DNA from: an uncultured Verrucomicrobiae bacterium
Lineage (GTDB): Bacteria > Verrucomicrobiota > Verrucomicrobiia > Chthoniobacterales > JAFAMB01
Assembly (NCBI GenBank): GCA_963837955.1
Contig: CAWIPH010000001.1
Coordinates: forward strand, 416,001 to 480,000
Length of the DNA: 64,000 nucleotides
Direction: 5' to 3'
How positions within the stretch are numbered: position 1 is the stretch's first letter; every line of letters starts with the position of its first letter. Positions 19,976-29,557 of this stretch are shown here, in pieces. The notes below the pieces were generated by a model. That model made no database searches and was not told the DNA's origin. It was given only the letters and a program-made list of their open reading frames with translations. The position numbers and the translations under genes are program-made.

Positions 19976-21205
19976 ATGCGAAAGAAGCTTTCACTCATTT
20001 GGCACGACGCAGTCGGCGGGTTGCCATCCGATTTCTGGATCGTCTGGTCTGGCATATTGGTCAACCGGATTGGTGCCCTCGCCTTCCCGTTTCTCTCGTT
20101 CTTTCTCGCCAGCAAGGGTTTTTCTGAAAACGTGGCAGCTTTGGCGGTCTCCTGCTGGGGGATCGGCGGTTTGACTGCAACCTTTTTCGGAGGATGGAGC
20201 GCCGATCGCATCGGCCGGAAACCTACGATGCTGGCTGGCCTGCTCTTATCGGCACTGGCCATGTTTCTAATACCCTGGAGTCGGTCTATCTACGCGCTCG
20301 ATGCGTGTGCGTTCTTGGCCGGATTCGCGTTCGATTTTCAGCGTCCCGCGGTCTCCGCGTTGGTGACGGACCTGGTGCCTGTTTCGGATCGGGTCCGCGC
20401 CTTTGGATTGAACTACTGGGCGGTCAATATTGGAGCCAGTCTCGCCCCGTTGATCGGCGGAGCTCTCGCCGCGATCAGTTTCTTTTTTCTTTTCTGGTTC
20501 GATACCGTTTCGTCGCTCTGCTATTTCGTCCTGATCTTCTTTCGGCTGCGGGAGCCTGCCCAGCATCTGGTAAACACCGGCCAGCGACCTTCGCCGTTCG
20601 CCGCGTTCTCTGACCGGCGAATGCTCTTGTTATTCATCCTTTCGTCGTTCCTGACCGCCCAATTCTTTCAGGCATATTCTACTTTACCGCTGGTCATGCG
20701 TCTCCAGGGGATGAACGCTGGCGATTACAGCCGGGCTATCATCGCCAACGGGATTACGGTGGTGATTCTGAGTATTCCACTCAGCCGCATCTTGCAGCGC
20801 TGGTCGTCGGCCAAGTCCCTGGCGGCTGCGGCGGCATTCGTCGGGACCGGATTTTTCCTGACCCAATTCGCCCACACGGTTCTGGAGTATGCCGGCACCG
20901 TGGTTATTTGGACGCTGGGCGAAATCGGCGTCGCGTCCACTGCTCCGGCCTTAATCAGCCGTCTTTCGCCGCCAGGTCAACGCGGTGTTTATCAAGGAAC
21001 TTATACGATGAGCTGGTCACTTGGAATATTGCTTGGGCCAGCGGTTGGCGGCTGGGTTCTGCAAACGGCTGGTGGCCACCTGCTTTGGTCCGGATGCGGC
21101 ATTCTGGGTTGGCTGGTCGCTCTTGCGTTCTGGCTCTTTTTCGACCGAATACCGCTCGGAGAAAAGGAGACGGAACGAGGCCGGGAGCTGGAATCCAGAA
21201 TTTAG
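19976..21205 (+). CDS. MFS transporter
   Basis: GWSADRIGRK motif A and about 12 TM helices. Confidence 0.9.
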   Translation: MRKKLSLIWHDAVGGLPSDFWIVWSGILVNRIGALAFPFLSFFLASKGFSENVAALAVSCWGIGGLTATFFGGWSADRIGRKPTMLAGLLLSALAMFLIPWSRSIYALDACAFLAGFAFDFQRPAVSALVTDLVPVSDRVRAFGLNYWAVNIGASLAPLIGGALAAISFFFLFWFDTVSSLCYFVLIFFRLREPAQHLVNTGQRPSPFAAFSDRRMLLLFILSSFLTAQFFQAYSTLPLVMRLQGMNAGDYSRAIIANGITVVILSIPLSRILQRWSSAKSLAAAAAFVGTGFFLTQFAHTVLEYAGTVVIWTLGEIGVASTAPALISRLSPPGQRGVYQGTYTMSWSLGILLGPAVGGWVLQTAGGHLLWSGCGILGWLVALAFWLFFDRIPLGEKETERGRELESRI

Positions 21206-21356
21206 AGGCTGTCGAGAACGCCGGCTTGTCCGACGACCGTGTCCGACGAAGCTCCTCCGCTACCTAGGCGACGTTCCAAGGATCAGCGAAGTCGGAAGCC
21301 TGCCGGAGTTTCAAACGACGGAGCGAAGTTGGAGAAAGCTGATACGCCGACACCTC

Positions 21357-22754
21357 CTACCGCCGCCTCTGCCTGGATCCCTGGTGGCGAGGGCGCCGTT
21401 CACTCGATCGAGACTCTCTCCGTTCTGGCCGATTCTTTTCGAAGGAGTCGTCTGTGAGTGGGGTTTCTTGTTTTCGCAATTCGTGGACTAAGGCACAGGC
21501 AATATCAGTGGACGAAAATCCTTGCTCCAGCAGACGATCGACAATCCGCGTCTCACTCTGAAACTTCCCTGTTTGCAAGGTGGTTCTAATTTTTTCGAAA
21601 AATACATTCGTCCGCTTCTCTTCGACTTCTTCCAGCGATGGAACCTGCTGCCTGGGGATCTTCATGCGCGTGTAACGCTCGATGCTTTGCAGCTTGTAGA
21701 TTTCTCGGCCAGCAATCAGGGAAAAAGCTCGGCCAGAGCGGCCTGCTCTCCCAGTACGTCCAACCCGATGGACATAATCTTCCTCGTCCCAAGGGAGGTC
21801 GTAATTGAAGACCACTTCGACATTCTCGACGTCAATACCGCGTGCTGCCACGTCCGTCGCCACCAGAAACTCAATGGCGGAAGACCGAAATCGGGCCATC
21901 ACTTTCTCTCGCTGCGCTTGGGTCATGTCGCCGTGGATCCGATCGGCTGAGTAGCCGCGGCCGACCATCTCTTCGGTGAGTTCATCGACCATCCGCTTGG
22001 TATTACAGAAAACGATCCCGAGTTTGAGGTCGTAAAGATCGATGAGTCGCGTCAGCGCTTCGGTTTTCGATCGTCCACGAATCTCATAGTAGGCTTGCTC
22101 GACGGTTGGCACCGTCAGAACCTTGTGTTCGATCTTAACGGTTCGCGGATTTGGGCTTTGCTTGCGAATCAGCTCCAAAATGGGCTTGGACATTGTAGCC
22201 GAGAAACAGATGAACTGCCGCTCTTTCGGGACGGCTCGTAACACTTCTTCGATGTCGTCCCGGAACCCCATGTCGAGCATCTCATCCGACTCATCGAGCA
22301 CTACCATCCGAACGTTGGCCAATGTCAGTGTACCGCGCGACAAATGATCGAGGATTCTTCCCGGGGTCCCGATCACGACCTGGGCGCCCTGCTTAAGACC
22401 CCGGATCTGTCGATCGTACGACTGTCCGCCATAAATCGGTACTGAATGAACGGTGCGCTTAAACGCCGAGAGTTTGTAGACCTCTTCGGCGACCTGTACA
22501 GCGAGTTCGCGAGTCGGGCAAAGGATGAGGACCTGGACGCCACGAATTTGCGGATCGACCATCTCGATCGCGGGAATCGCGAAAGCAGCAGTTTTACCCG
22601 AGCCGGTCTGGGATTGGCCGATGATGTCGTGTCCGGCGAGAATTAACGGAATCGCCTCGGCCTGGATGGGCGCGGCTTTTTCGTACCCAAGTCGATGGAC
22701 TGCCTTGAGCAAAGGCTCGGAAAGCCCCAGTTCGGAAAATAGTTTTTGTGTCAT
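21357..22754 (-). CDS. DEAD-box RNA helicase (DeaD-like; motif II reads DESD)
   Basis: Q motif, QTGSGKT, PTRELA, DESD, SAT, HRVGRTGR; start at MTQKLF. Confidence 0.93.
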   Translation of the reverse strand: MTQKLFSELGLSEPLLKAVHRLGYEKAAPIQAEAIPLILAGHDIIGQSQTGSGKTAAFAIPAIEMVDPQIRGVQVLILCPTRELAVQVAEEVYKLSAFKRTVHSVPIYGGQSYDRQIRGLKQGAQVVIGTPGRILDHLSRGTLTLANVRMVVLDESDEMLDMGFRDDIEEVLRAVPKERQFICFSATMSKPILELIRKQSPNPRTVKIEHKVLTVPTVEQAYYEIRGRSKTEALTRLIDLYDLKLGIVFCNTKRMVDELTEEMVGRGYSADRIHGDMTQAQREKVMARFRSSAIEFLVATDVAARGIDVENVEVVFNYDLPWDEEDYVHRVGRTGRAGRSGRAFSLIAGREIYKLQSIERYTRMKIPRQQVPSLEEVEEKRTNVFFEKIRTTLQTGKFQSETRIVDRLLEQGFSSTDIACALVHELRKQETPLTDDSFEKNRPERRESRSSERRPRHQGSRQRRR

Positions 22755-22856
22755 AGCGGGGATCCAGGAGGCGTTTCTGTTTCGATTTACTAAGCTGGCA
22801 AACTTATCTACCTTCTGCTCAAGCAGATTATCCGACGGTTTTGGTTGTTGGAAGTA

Positions 22857-23309
22857 ATGAAATCTATTTTGGTTCCGATCGATTTTTCCGACGTCACGCT
22901 TAAGGTTGTCAAAGCGGCTATCCAATTGGCGACCCCATTTAAGAGCCGGATTACGCTCATGCACGTATCGGAGGTTACGCCGCAAATATTAGGCATTGGG
23001 CCTGCTCCAGAGGCCGTCCCGACACCGTCCCACCAAGAGCACGAGGACTTGGTAGTCGCGGAAAGACTTGCCCGACTGGAAGAGTTGGTGACTTCAGTCG
23101 GCTTGGAATCCAGCTCGGTGGAACTTCAAGGTGCGCCGGTTGAATTGATCCTTGGTCAGGCTGAAAACTCCCGAGTTGATCTCATCGTGTTGGGCTCGCA
23201 TAGTCGAAGCCCGCTTTATCATCTCTTTGTGGGTGGGGTGATCGAGGGAGTGCTGAAACGCGCGCGTTGTCCGGTATTGGTTGTTCCGCTGGCCGAACCC
23301 TCTTCCTGA
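22857..23309 (+). CDS. Universal stress protein
   Basis: ILVPIDFS, DLIVLGSH, CPVLVV. Confidence 0.92.
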   Translation: MKSILVPIDFSDVTLKVVKAAIQLATPFKSRITLMHVSEVTPQILGIGPAPEAVPTPSHQEHEDLVVAERLARLEELVTSVGLESSSVELQGAPVELILGQAENSRVDLIVLGSHSRSPLYHLFVGGVIEGVLKRARCPVLVVPLAEPSS

Positions 23310-23314
23310 CTCTT

Positions 23315-24331
23315 GTGCGATTTGCTTCCTATTCCGGGCTAGCGGTGCTCAATGCCCAAGGCCGCGATTCTGACCAGTCCTTCGCGGAGGGACTGCCATC
23401 CCTCGATTCATCGGTACACGCTCCTATCAACTATCATGCCTACGCCGCTTGTACTCGAGGTGCTTTTTACCAAAGTACCGCCCTGGCGAGTCGTCATCGA
23501 AACGTGCTCTTGCTCTTGCGAGGGAATTTGCGGGTCGCCCGTAACGCTTTCGTCGCTCTAAAGGCTAAAGGGTGCGTTGTAGCCATCGCGTTTAAAGAAG
23601 CCGGTAGTCACCAGGTCGCCCAACAATTATCCCATCCGAAGACATTCGCCCATTTTGGCGAGCTGGCTGCGAATGCAGATCTTTGTTTATCCAGCACCCC
23701 TGACTTGGCGCCCCTCTTTTCCTGTTTTTCGCGAAAGGTCGTCTACCTGCCGACACCCTACCCTGTCGACTTTCCAGCTTGGAATCTTGGATTACCCCTG
23801 GCTGAGCGCTCGGGGATTTTTCTCGGAACCAGGGAGTTCTCCGTGCCATCTCGTAATCATCTTCTGGCGTTGGGTGCGGCGCGATTAACCTCTTATCCCG
23901 TGACGGTTGTGGATGCAGGAACGGCCGCGACAAAGAGCCTCTTACAATCACTCCGTTACCCGCCAGAGCAACTCACCGTTTTACCTCGGATGCCTTATGC
24001 GAAATACCTCGACGTGCTCCGGCGCCATCGCATTGTTCTGCAGTTTGATCAGAGTCGTGTGCCGGGGCAGGTGGCTGGAGATGCGTTGCTCTGTCAGGTG
24101 CCTACAGTTGGAGGCAATGGTGCGATTGAGCGAGAAGTATTGGCCGAATTGAACGGTGACGGCCGCTCGTTCTCTGAATTGGTCCAACTCGCGTTACGAC
24201 TCCTCCGCGACGATAGCTTCTACGCCAGGCAGGTTGACCAAATGAATGTGATGGCTCAACAAAAGGCCAGCTTTGGCACAATCCGGGCAGAGCTGATCAA
24301 ACTGTTTCCAGGGATAGATTCTGACGAGTAG
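23315..24331 (+). CDS. Hypothetical protein, possibly glycosyltransferase-like
   Basis: Long ORF in an operon-like position; C-terminal GQVAGDALLCQVPTVG resembles GT-B; start uncertain. Confidence 0.55.
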   Translation: MRFASYSGLAVLNAQGRDSDQSFAEGLPSLDSSVHAPINYHAYAACTRGAFYQSTALASRHRNVLLLLRGNLRVARNAFVALKAKGCVVAIAFKEAGSHQVAQQLSHPKTFAHFGELAANADLCLSSTPDLAPLFSCFSRKVVYLPTPYPVDFPAWNLGLPLAERSGIFLGTREFSVPSRNHLLALGAARLTSYPVTVVDAGTAATKSLLQSLRYPPEQLTVLPRMPYAKYLDVLRRHRIVLQFDQSRVPGQVAGDALLCQVPTVGGNGAIEREVLAELNGDGRSFSELVQLALRLLRDDSFYARQVDQMNVMAQQKASFGTIRAELIKLFPGIDSDE

Positions 24332-24423
24332 GGCTTGGCCCGCTTGTATTTCCGTATTCCACATCCGGCTTCTCCGTCGTGCATCTTGATCCCGATCGAG
24401 CGGTGCGGTACCGTTCTCGGGAC

Positions 24424-24903
24424 ATGCCCCTGCACTCTGCATCGCACAGCTCTCCTTTAGCCGAGCTTAATCTAAATGCCATTCTCGAGCTCCTCAGGTC
24501 GCACGGCTTGCGCATCACGAAAAGTCGGCAAAGGATTTTGGAGACTTTGCTCGCAGCCCAAGAACCGCTGTCGCTAGAAGAAATTCAACGGCGATCGAGC
24601 GACGCCGGTGTCGCACCCGATTTCGCGACTGTTTTTCGGGTGATGATGATGTTGGAGAGTCTGCAAATTGCGCAGAAGGTTCTCTTGAATCGTTCATGCA
24701 GTTACTACGAACTGGTGGATCCACAACAACACTACGACCACATTGTTTGTACCGAATGCGGGCGCATAACCCTCATGATCGACTCCTGCCCGGTCGAGCG
24801 GCTCGAGCACGCGATCGGGAAAAAATATGGCTACACCGATCTGCGGCATTCTTTGGAGTTCTTTGGCAAATGTCCGGAATGCCACAGTGCACCGCTTTCG
24901 TGA
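24424..24903 (+). CDS. Fur-family transcriptional regulator
   Basis: GLRIT, ATVFR, HYDHIVCTECG, C-terminal CPEC; start uncertain. Confidence 0.88.
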   Translation: MPLHSASHSSPLAELNLNAILELLRSHGLRITKSRQRILETLLAAQEPLSLEEIQRRSSDAGVAPDFATVFRVMMMLESLQIAQKVLLNRSCSYYELVDPQQHYDHIVCTECGRITLMIDSCPVERLEHAIGKKYGYTDLRHSLEFFGKCPECHSAPLS

Positions 24904-25013
24904 CCGATGTAGCTTATTGAAACCGGCGCTGCTCATGCTCATCCGCCGGTCCGGGTCGAACCGCCGCGGATAATCGCTTGCAAAGCCACAAGATCTTTAT
25001 AGGCTTCGATTCG

Positions 25014-25103
25014 ATGCGCTTGCTTGCTCAGCTTCTTAGCCTTGAGCTTCTCCTGCTCGGGAGTGGCGCCCCAAATTCTTTTCTTCTTCTCATTACTCTT
25101 TAG
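25014..25103 (+). CDS. Leucine-rich leader peptide of leuA (29 aa, 13 Leu)
   Basis: Translated by hand as MRLLAQLLSLELLLLGSGAPNSFLLLITL*; ends 86 nt before leuA. Confidence 0.75.
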   Translation: MRLLAQLLSLELLLLGSGAPNSFLLLITL

Positions 25104-25126
25104 GTACTCAGGTCACGTTTCGTTCA

Positions 25127-25166
25127 CGGTGGAGGCAAACGATGGCCGCCCCGATCGTCTCCACCG
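25127..25166 (+). promoter_or_regulatory. Hairpin between the leader peptide and leuA
   Basis: CGGTGGAG...CTCCACCG with inner ACGAT/ATCGT pairing; no U-tract. Confidence 0.55.
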
Positions 25167-25189
25167 AAACCCAGATCTAACTACCTATT

Positions 25190-26755
25190 ATGCCAGAGAA
25201 AATTGTGATCTTTGACACGACGCTACGCGATGGCGAGCAGTGTCCTGGAGCGTCAATGAATTTGCGAGAGAAGATGGAGGTGGCTCGCCAACTTCAGCGA
25301 CTCAACATCGACGTGATTGAAGCCGGATTTCCGGTCATTAGCGAAGGAGATTTTGAGGCCGTCAGCAAGATTGCGGCCGAGGTGCGTGGCCCGATTATAG
25401 CCGGTCTCGCTCGTTGTAACCCGAAGGACATTGACGCAGCCGGAGCCGCGGTAAAGCCAGCTGGCGAACGCGCGCGGATCCACGTATTCCTAGCAACCTC
25501 AAAAATTCATCGGGATCATAAGCTGAAAAAGGCGACTGAGGAAATCATCCGACTGACCCGAGAAGGGGTCGCGCACGCGAAGTCGCTAGTTCGGGATGTC
25601 GAATTCTCGCCGGAGGACGCCTCGCGGACCGAACCGGAATTTCTAGCACAGGTCGTTGAGGCGGCGATTGAATCGGGAGCTACTACAGTGAATATCCCGG
25701 ATACCGTTGGCTACGCCGTACCAGATCAATTCGGAACGCTCATTCAGTATTTGAAAGACAATGTACGAAACATTGACGATGCGATCATCAGCGTGCATTG
25801 CCACAACGATTTGGGACTTGCGGTAGCTAATTCGCTGGCCGCTATCCGAGCTGGCGCCCGCCAAGTAGAGGGAACGATCAATGGTATCGGTGAGCGGGCC
25901 GGGAATGTTGCGCTGGAAGAAGTGGTAATGGCGATGAAGACTCGCAAGGATTTTTTTGCCGACTATTACACCGAGATGCAAACCTCCGAGATCGTCAAAA
26001 GTTCACGGCTGGTCAGCCGGATGAGCGGACTGGTCGTAGCGCGTGGCAAAGCAATAGTTGGGGAGAATGCCTTTGCGCATGGAGCCGGTATTCATCAGGA
26101 CGGAATACTAAAAAATCGCGAGACCTACGAAATCATGGATCCGCAAGAAGTCGGTTGGGGTGAGACCGAACTGCCGCTGACCAAGCACAGCGGAAGGCAT
26201 GCCATGGTAAAACGCCTGGAGTATCTCGGCTATAAACTTTCCGATAAAGAGATCGTGCAGCTATTCGTCCGGTTTAAGGAGGTCGGGGACAAAAAGAAAT
26301 TTGTCTACGACGAGGACTTGGCGGCGCTGATCGACGATTCCTTTGGTGGGTCGGAAGAGGCTTGGAAGCTGGACTATATCCATGTGACCACTGGCACCAC
26401 TACGGTCCCTACCGCCACGGTTCGATTGCGCAAAGGCGAAGAGGTTCTCCAGGATTCTTCACCGGGAAACGGAGCTGTCGATGCAGCGATGAAAGCGATC
26501 GATCGCATTCTGCATCAACGCGGGCATCTGGTTGACTATCGGGTAACTGCCATGTCGAGCGGAAAAGACGCGCTCGGGGAAGTTACGGTGAAAGTTGACT
26601 TTGGGGAGGGCCGCCTTATCAGCGGGAAAGGGGCAAGCACCGACGTGATTGAGGCAAGCGCCCGCGCCTACCTCAATGCGGTGAACCGGGTTCGGCAACA
26701 AAAAGCTCTAGAAAAAGAGCCGGCTGCAGAGAAGCTGGAAGGAGTTGGCGTTTAG
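25190..26755 (+). CDS. leuA: 2-isopropylmalate synthase
   Basis: FDTTLRDGEQ, HCHNDLG, GIGERAGN, C-terminal regulatory domain. Confidence 0.96.
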   Translation: MPEKIVIFDTTLRDGEQCPGASMNLREKMEVARQLQRLNIDVIEAGFPVISEGDFEAVSKIAAEVRGPIIAGLARCNPKDIDAAGAAVKPAGERARIHVFLATSKIHRDHKLKKATEEIIRLTREGVAHAKSLVRDVEFSPEDASRTEPEFLAQVVEAAIESGATTVNIPDTVGYAVPDQFGTLIQYLKDNVRNIDDAIISVHCHNDLGLAVANSLAAIRAGARQVEGTINGIGERAGNVALEEVVMAMKTRKDFFADYYTEMQTSEIVKSSRLVSRMSGLVVARGKAIVGENAFAHGAGIHQDGILKNRETYEIMDPQEVGWGETELPLTKHSGRHAMVKRLEYLGYKLSDKEIVQLFVRFKEVGDKKKFVYDEDLAALIDDSFGGSEEAWKLDYIHVTTGTTTVPTATVRLRKGEEVLQDSSPGNGAVDAAMKAIDRILHQRGHLVDYRVTAMSSGKDALGEVTVKVDFGEGRLISGKGASTDVIEASARAYLNAVNRVRQQKALEKEPAAEKLEGVGV

Positions 26756-26779
26756 GTTTCTGCCTGGGCCAACCACTGA

Positions 26780-26804
26780 CGGAGGGGAACTGTAATCCCC
26801 TCCG
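26780..26804. terminator. GC-rich hairpin between convergent genes (terminator or GGAG-type REP)
   Basis: CGGAGGGGA-ACTGTAA-TCCCCTCCG; no clear U-tract. Confidence 0.45.
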
Positions 26805-26830
26805 ATCGGCCAGCACTAGGGCCGCCCAAA

Positions 26831-27238
26831 TCAATCTCTGCCGATCCGTAACGCTTGCACGAGCTGCGAATCGATCTGTCCCGTCACCGGCAGACCATTG
26901 TCATACTGAAATTGGCGAATTGCGCTCCGTGTTCCAGACCCGACGACTCCATCGACACGACCTTCGTAGTAGCCCCGCCGAGCGAGAGCGGCTTGCACTT
27001 GCGCTTCGATGTTGGCTGTAGCATTTCGATCGGAACCGCGTTGATCGGGGTAGTAGGGGCCATCCGGATAGTAACCATAGGGGTAGCCAGGATCGTAGAA
27101 CCCCCATCCTGGGTACCAGAATGGGGAAAAACCAAAGCCAAAGCGCCAGCCCCCAGCATGGGCCGTCTGAACGAAGGCTGGTAACGCGCAGAGTAATCCA
27201 ATCAGCAGGAAGCGTCTCACGGCAAGTTTTGCATTCAT
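26831..27238 (-). CDS. Exported peptidoglycan-binding domain protein
   Basis: Signal peptide, Y/P/G-rich linker, VQAALARRGYY...DGVVG...TRSAIRQFQ...GLPVTG. Confidence 0.88.
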   Translation of the reverse strand: MNAKLAVRRFLLIGLLCALPAFVQTAHAGGWRFGFGFSPFWYPGWGFYDPGYPYGYYPDGPYYPDQRGSDRNATANIEAQVQAALARRGYYEGRVDGVVGSGTRSAIRQFQYDNGLPVTGQIDSQLVQALRIGRD

Positions 27239-27296
27239 GAACGACCCAAGTTGTACATGGAATGCCGGCTCCTGGAAAGGAATCAGAAGTCCAATT

Positions 27297-27896
27297 CTAA
27301 TCTCTTCCGGTCTGTAACGCTTGCATCAGTTGCGAGTTAATACGTCCTGTCACCGGTAGGCCATTATCGTGTTGAAATTCGCGAATCGCGCTCCGAGTTT
27401 CGGACCCAATGACGCCATCAACGCGACCTTCGTAGTAGCCCCTTCGCGCAAGCGCGTCTTGAACGAAAACCTCAACGCTGACATTGCGATTGTAGCCGTT
27501 CGGGTAGTCCGGGTAATTGTACGGATAATCCGCGTAGTAGGGATAACCGTAATCGTAATAACCACCCCAGCCGGGATACCAGTAGGGGGACAGGCCAAAG
27601 AAAAAATGCCGATGGTGGTGCTCCTCGTCGCCCTCTTCGTGTCCATGCCACCGGTTATTTTGCCCGGCGGATACAGAAGCCCTGCGAACGTTGCTTGCAC
27701 TGGCCCGACTACCGGATACGGAACGGCCGCCTCCGCTTGCAGCATGACCACCGCTGGAACCGGATGCTGAGTGACCGCCGCTTGATCCGCCCCCAGAGTG
27801 ACCACTGCCGCCAGGTGATCCCGCGTTAACAAACGTGGGTAGCGCGCTAATTAATCCAATAAGGAAGATGCGCTTCAGTAGAGAATTCGCATCCAT
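27297..27896 (-). CDS. Exported peptidoglycan-binding domain protein (paralog)
   Basis: Same C-terminal domain plus Gly/Ser-rich and His-rich segments. Confidence 0.88.
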   Translation of the reverse strand: MDANSLLKRIFLIGLISALPTFVNAGSPGGSGHSGGGSSGGHSASGSSGGHAASGGGRSVSGSRASASNVRRASVSAGQNNRWHGHEEGDEEHHHRHFFFGLSPYWYPGWGGYYDYGYPYYADYPYNYPDYPNGYNRNVSVEVFVQDALARRGYYEGRVDGVIGSETRSAIREFQHDNGLPVTGRINSQLMQALQTGRD

Positions 27897-27941
27897 ATTT
27901 AAGATACCTCCAGCCGATTATACGACCGCTTACTTCCGGAT

Positions 27942-29516
27942 TCAAATGCCGCGCTCTCGATCGATAGCCGATCTCTCTGCCACGAGAAAGATGGCGCCCG
28001 TGGCAAAAACAGCCACCAGAAGAGGTAAGACATAGCGTGGCATGGAATAGTTGCAGACGCAGTTGGCCGCGTAGGTCACTAGGCCGATGCCAAAGATACA
28101 GAGACCGATCAAAGCCAGGCTGGACGACAGCTGTCCTCGGGCCAGTCGCCAGATTCCGACTATGAGAAAGAGGAGAAACCAGGCGCCGACAGGAAGAAAT
28201 CGCCAGTGCCGGATGAAGAGATCATGAAACGCGCGATCCAGAGTGGCTTGAGCGACGGCCGGTTGGAAGATTAGCAAACCCTGCAAACCTTTCCAGCTTG
28301 GCGCATCTTCCCTTATCGGTCCGAGCGAGTCGAAGGTTGCTTTTGCTCCGGTCATGGCGATGCCCTGATCGTTGGTAGGATAAAATCCTTTCCCGATATC
28401 TCGCAGGATGATCTGGATTAGCTTTGGATCCCAGATTCGGTAATAACACATGACCCCTTCCAAAGTGATACGGTCTCGTTCGACTTCGAGCGATTGACCG
28501 GTCAGACCGCGCCCACGCAAGAACTGTGCGATAAATTCGTCGGTACCCTTGTGATAGGTACCGATATCTTTGAAGGCACCAATTGCTGCCTTCACGTCTG
28601 CATCATTGGTTAAGGCCGCCGCGTGTTGAGCGGCCCGTTCTTTGGCTTCTGGTTTCAGCGAATCTAGATAACTGCCGATCCGGTCGCTTAGGGTGCGGCC
28701 CATGGTCCGGCGTTGTACCACCCCAAAGTGATTGCACATCACAGTGACAAACGTCTGTTCACTTAATAGACAGAGAATACTCAAGCCGAGTGCGAGTCCG
28801 GCAGTCTTCACCATTGGAAGCGCCTTTTGGAATCGACCAGTTTGGATGGATCGGTGAACACCCAGAACAACCGCCGTCGTTGGAAGCCAGCCGAGCAGAA
28901 AGCCACTGATATGGCGCGATCCGATCGAGAATAGCAGGATCAGAAAGTAGAACAGCCAGGTCCTCCAGGTGCCCCTTCCGCCCAGAATGCGGAGCCCGAT
29001 TCCGAAAAGAAAGAACCAGGAGACCGGAACAGTCGATTCAGGCCCAGCAGTGTGGGCGAAGGCGTAAAAACTGGCTACCGAAGCGAGCAAGAGGGTGATC
29101 GCACCTCGACCAGTTTCGGACGCCGGCAGCGAAAAAAGAAAATAGCGTAAAGAAAGCCATAGCAGGACGTGTTGACAGAAGACGAGTGCGTATACCGCGG
29201 CCAGGGACGGATGTTGCGGCGATAAGATGCTGGGTGACGTGCCGAAGAGCAACGTGTCGGTAATCCAGAAAGGAATCCGGCCCAACACACAATAGAGTGG
29301 CGGAGCAAGCAAAAGATTCATCTCGGTGAACCCCCAGACCAGTTCATCGAGCACGTCTACATCTTTCCAAAAAGGGAGGTAGAACGCGAAAAACCAAAGT
29401 GATGGTAGAATCAGGATATAGAGCGGATGGCGACCGATCCAAGCCAGAAGACGATGACCGATAGCAAATAGCCGATAGCCAAAAGCTGATCCTGGATTCC
29501 TGGTATCTATAGTCAC
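27942..29516 (-). CDS. Hypothetical polytopic membrane protein (GT-C-like topology)
   Basis: Many TM segments, large loop, C-terminal PRYVLP; start uncertain because of heptamer repeats. Confidence 0.65.
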   Translation of the reverse strand: MTIDTRNPGSAFGYRLFAIGHRLLAWIGRHPLYILILPSLWFFAFYLPFWKDVDVLDELVWGFTEMNLLLAPPLYCVLGRIPFWITDTLLFGTSPSILSPQHPSLAAVYALVFCQHVLLWLSLRYFLFSLPASETGRGAITLLLASVASFYAFAHTAGPESTVPVSWFFLFGIGLRILGGRGTWRTWLFYFLILLFSIGSRHISGFLLGWLPTTAVVLGVHRSIQTGRFQKALPMVKTAGLALGLSILCLLSEQTFVTVMCNHFGVVQRRTMGRTLSDRIGSYLDSLKPEAKERAAQHAAALTNDADVKAAIGAFKDIGTYHKGTDEFIAQFLRGRGLTGQSLEVERDRITLEGVMCYYRIWDPKLIQIILRDIGKGFYPTNDQGIAMTGAKATFDSLGPIREDAPSWKGLQGLLIFQPAVAQATLDRAFHDLFIRHWRFLPVGAWFLLFLIVGIWRLARGQLSSSLALIGLCIFGIGLVTYAANCVCNYSMPRYVLPLLVAVFATGAIFLVAERSAIDRERGI

Positions 29517-29557
29517 CGCGAATTTGCTATCTAGCTATTTGCTATCTGCTATCCGCG

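Noticed and set aside
22283..22294. DESD instead of DEAD as a sign of an inactive helicase
   Set aside because: The third position of DExD is variable and all other motifs are intact.
22755..22985. Long N-terminal extension of the DEAD-box helicase (likewise RecG and the Fe-ADH)
   Set aside because: The extensions overlap neighbouring genes; downstream ATGs match family starts.
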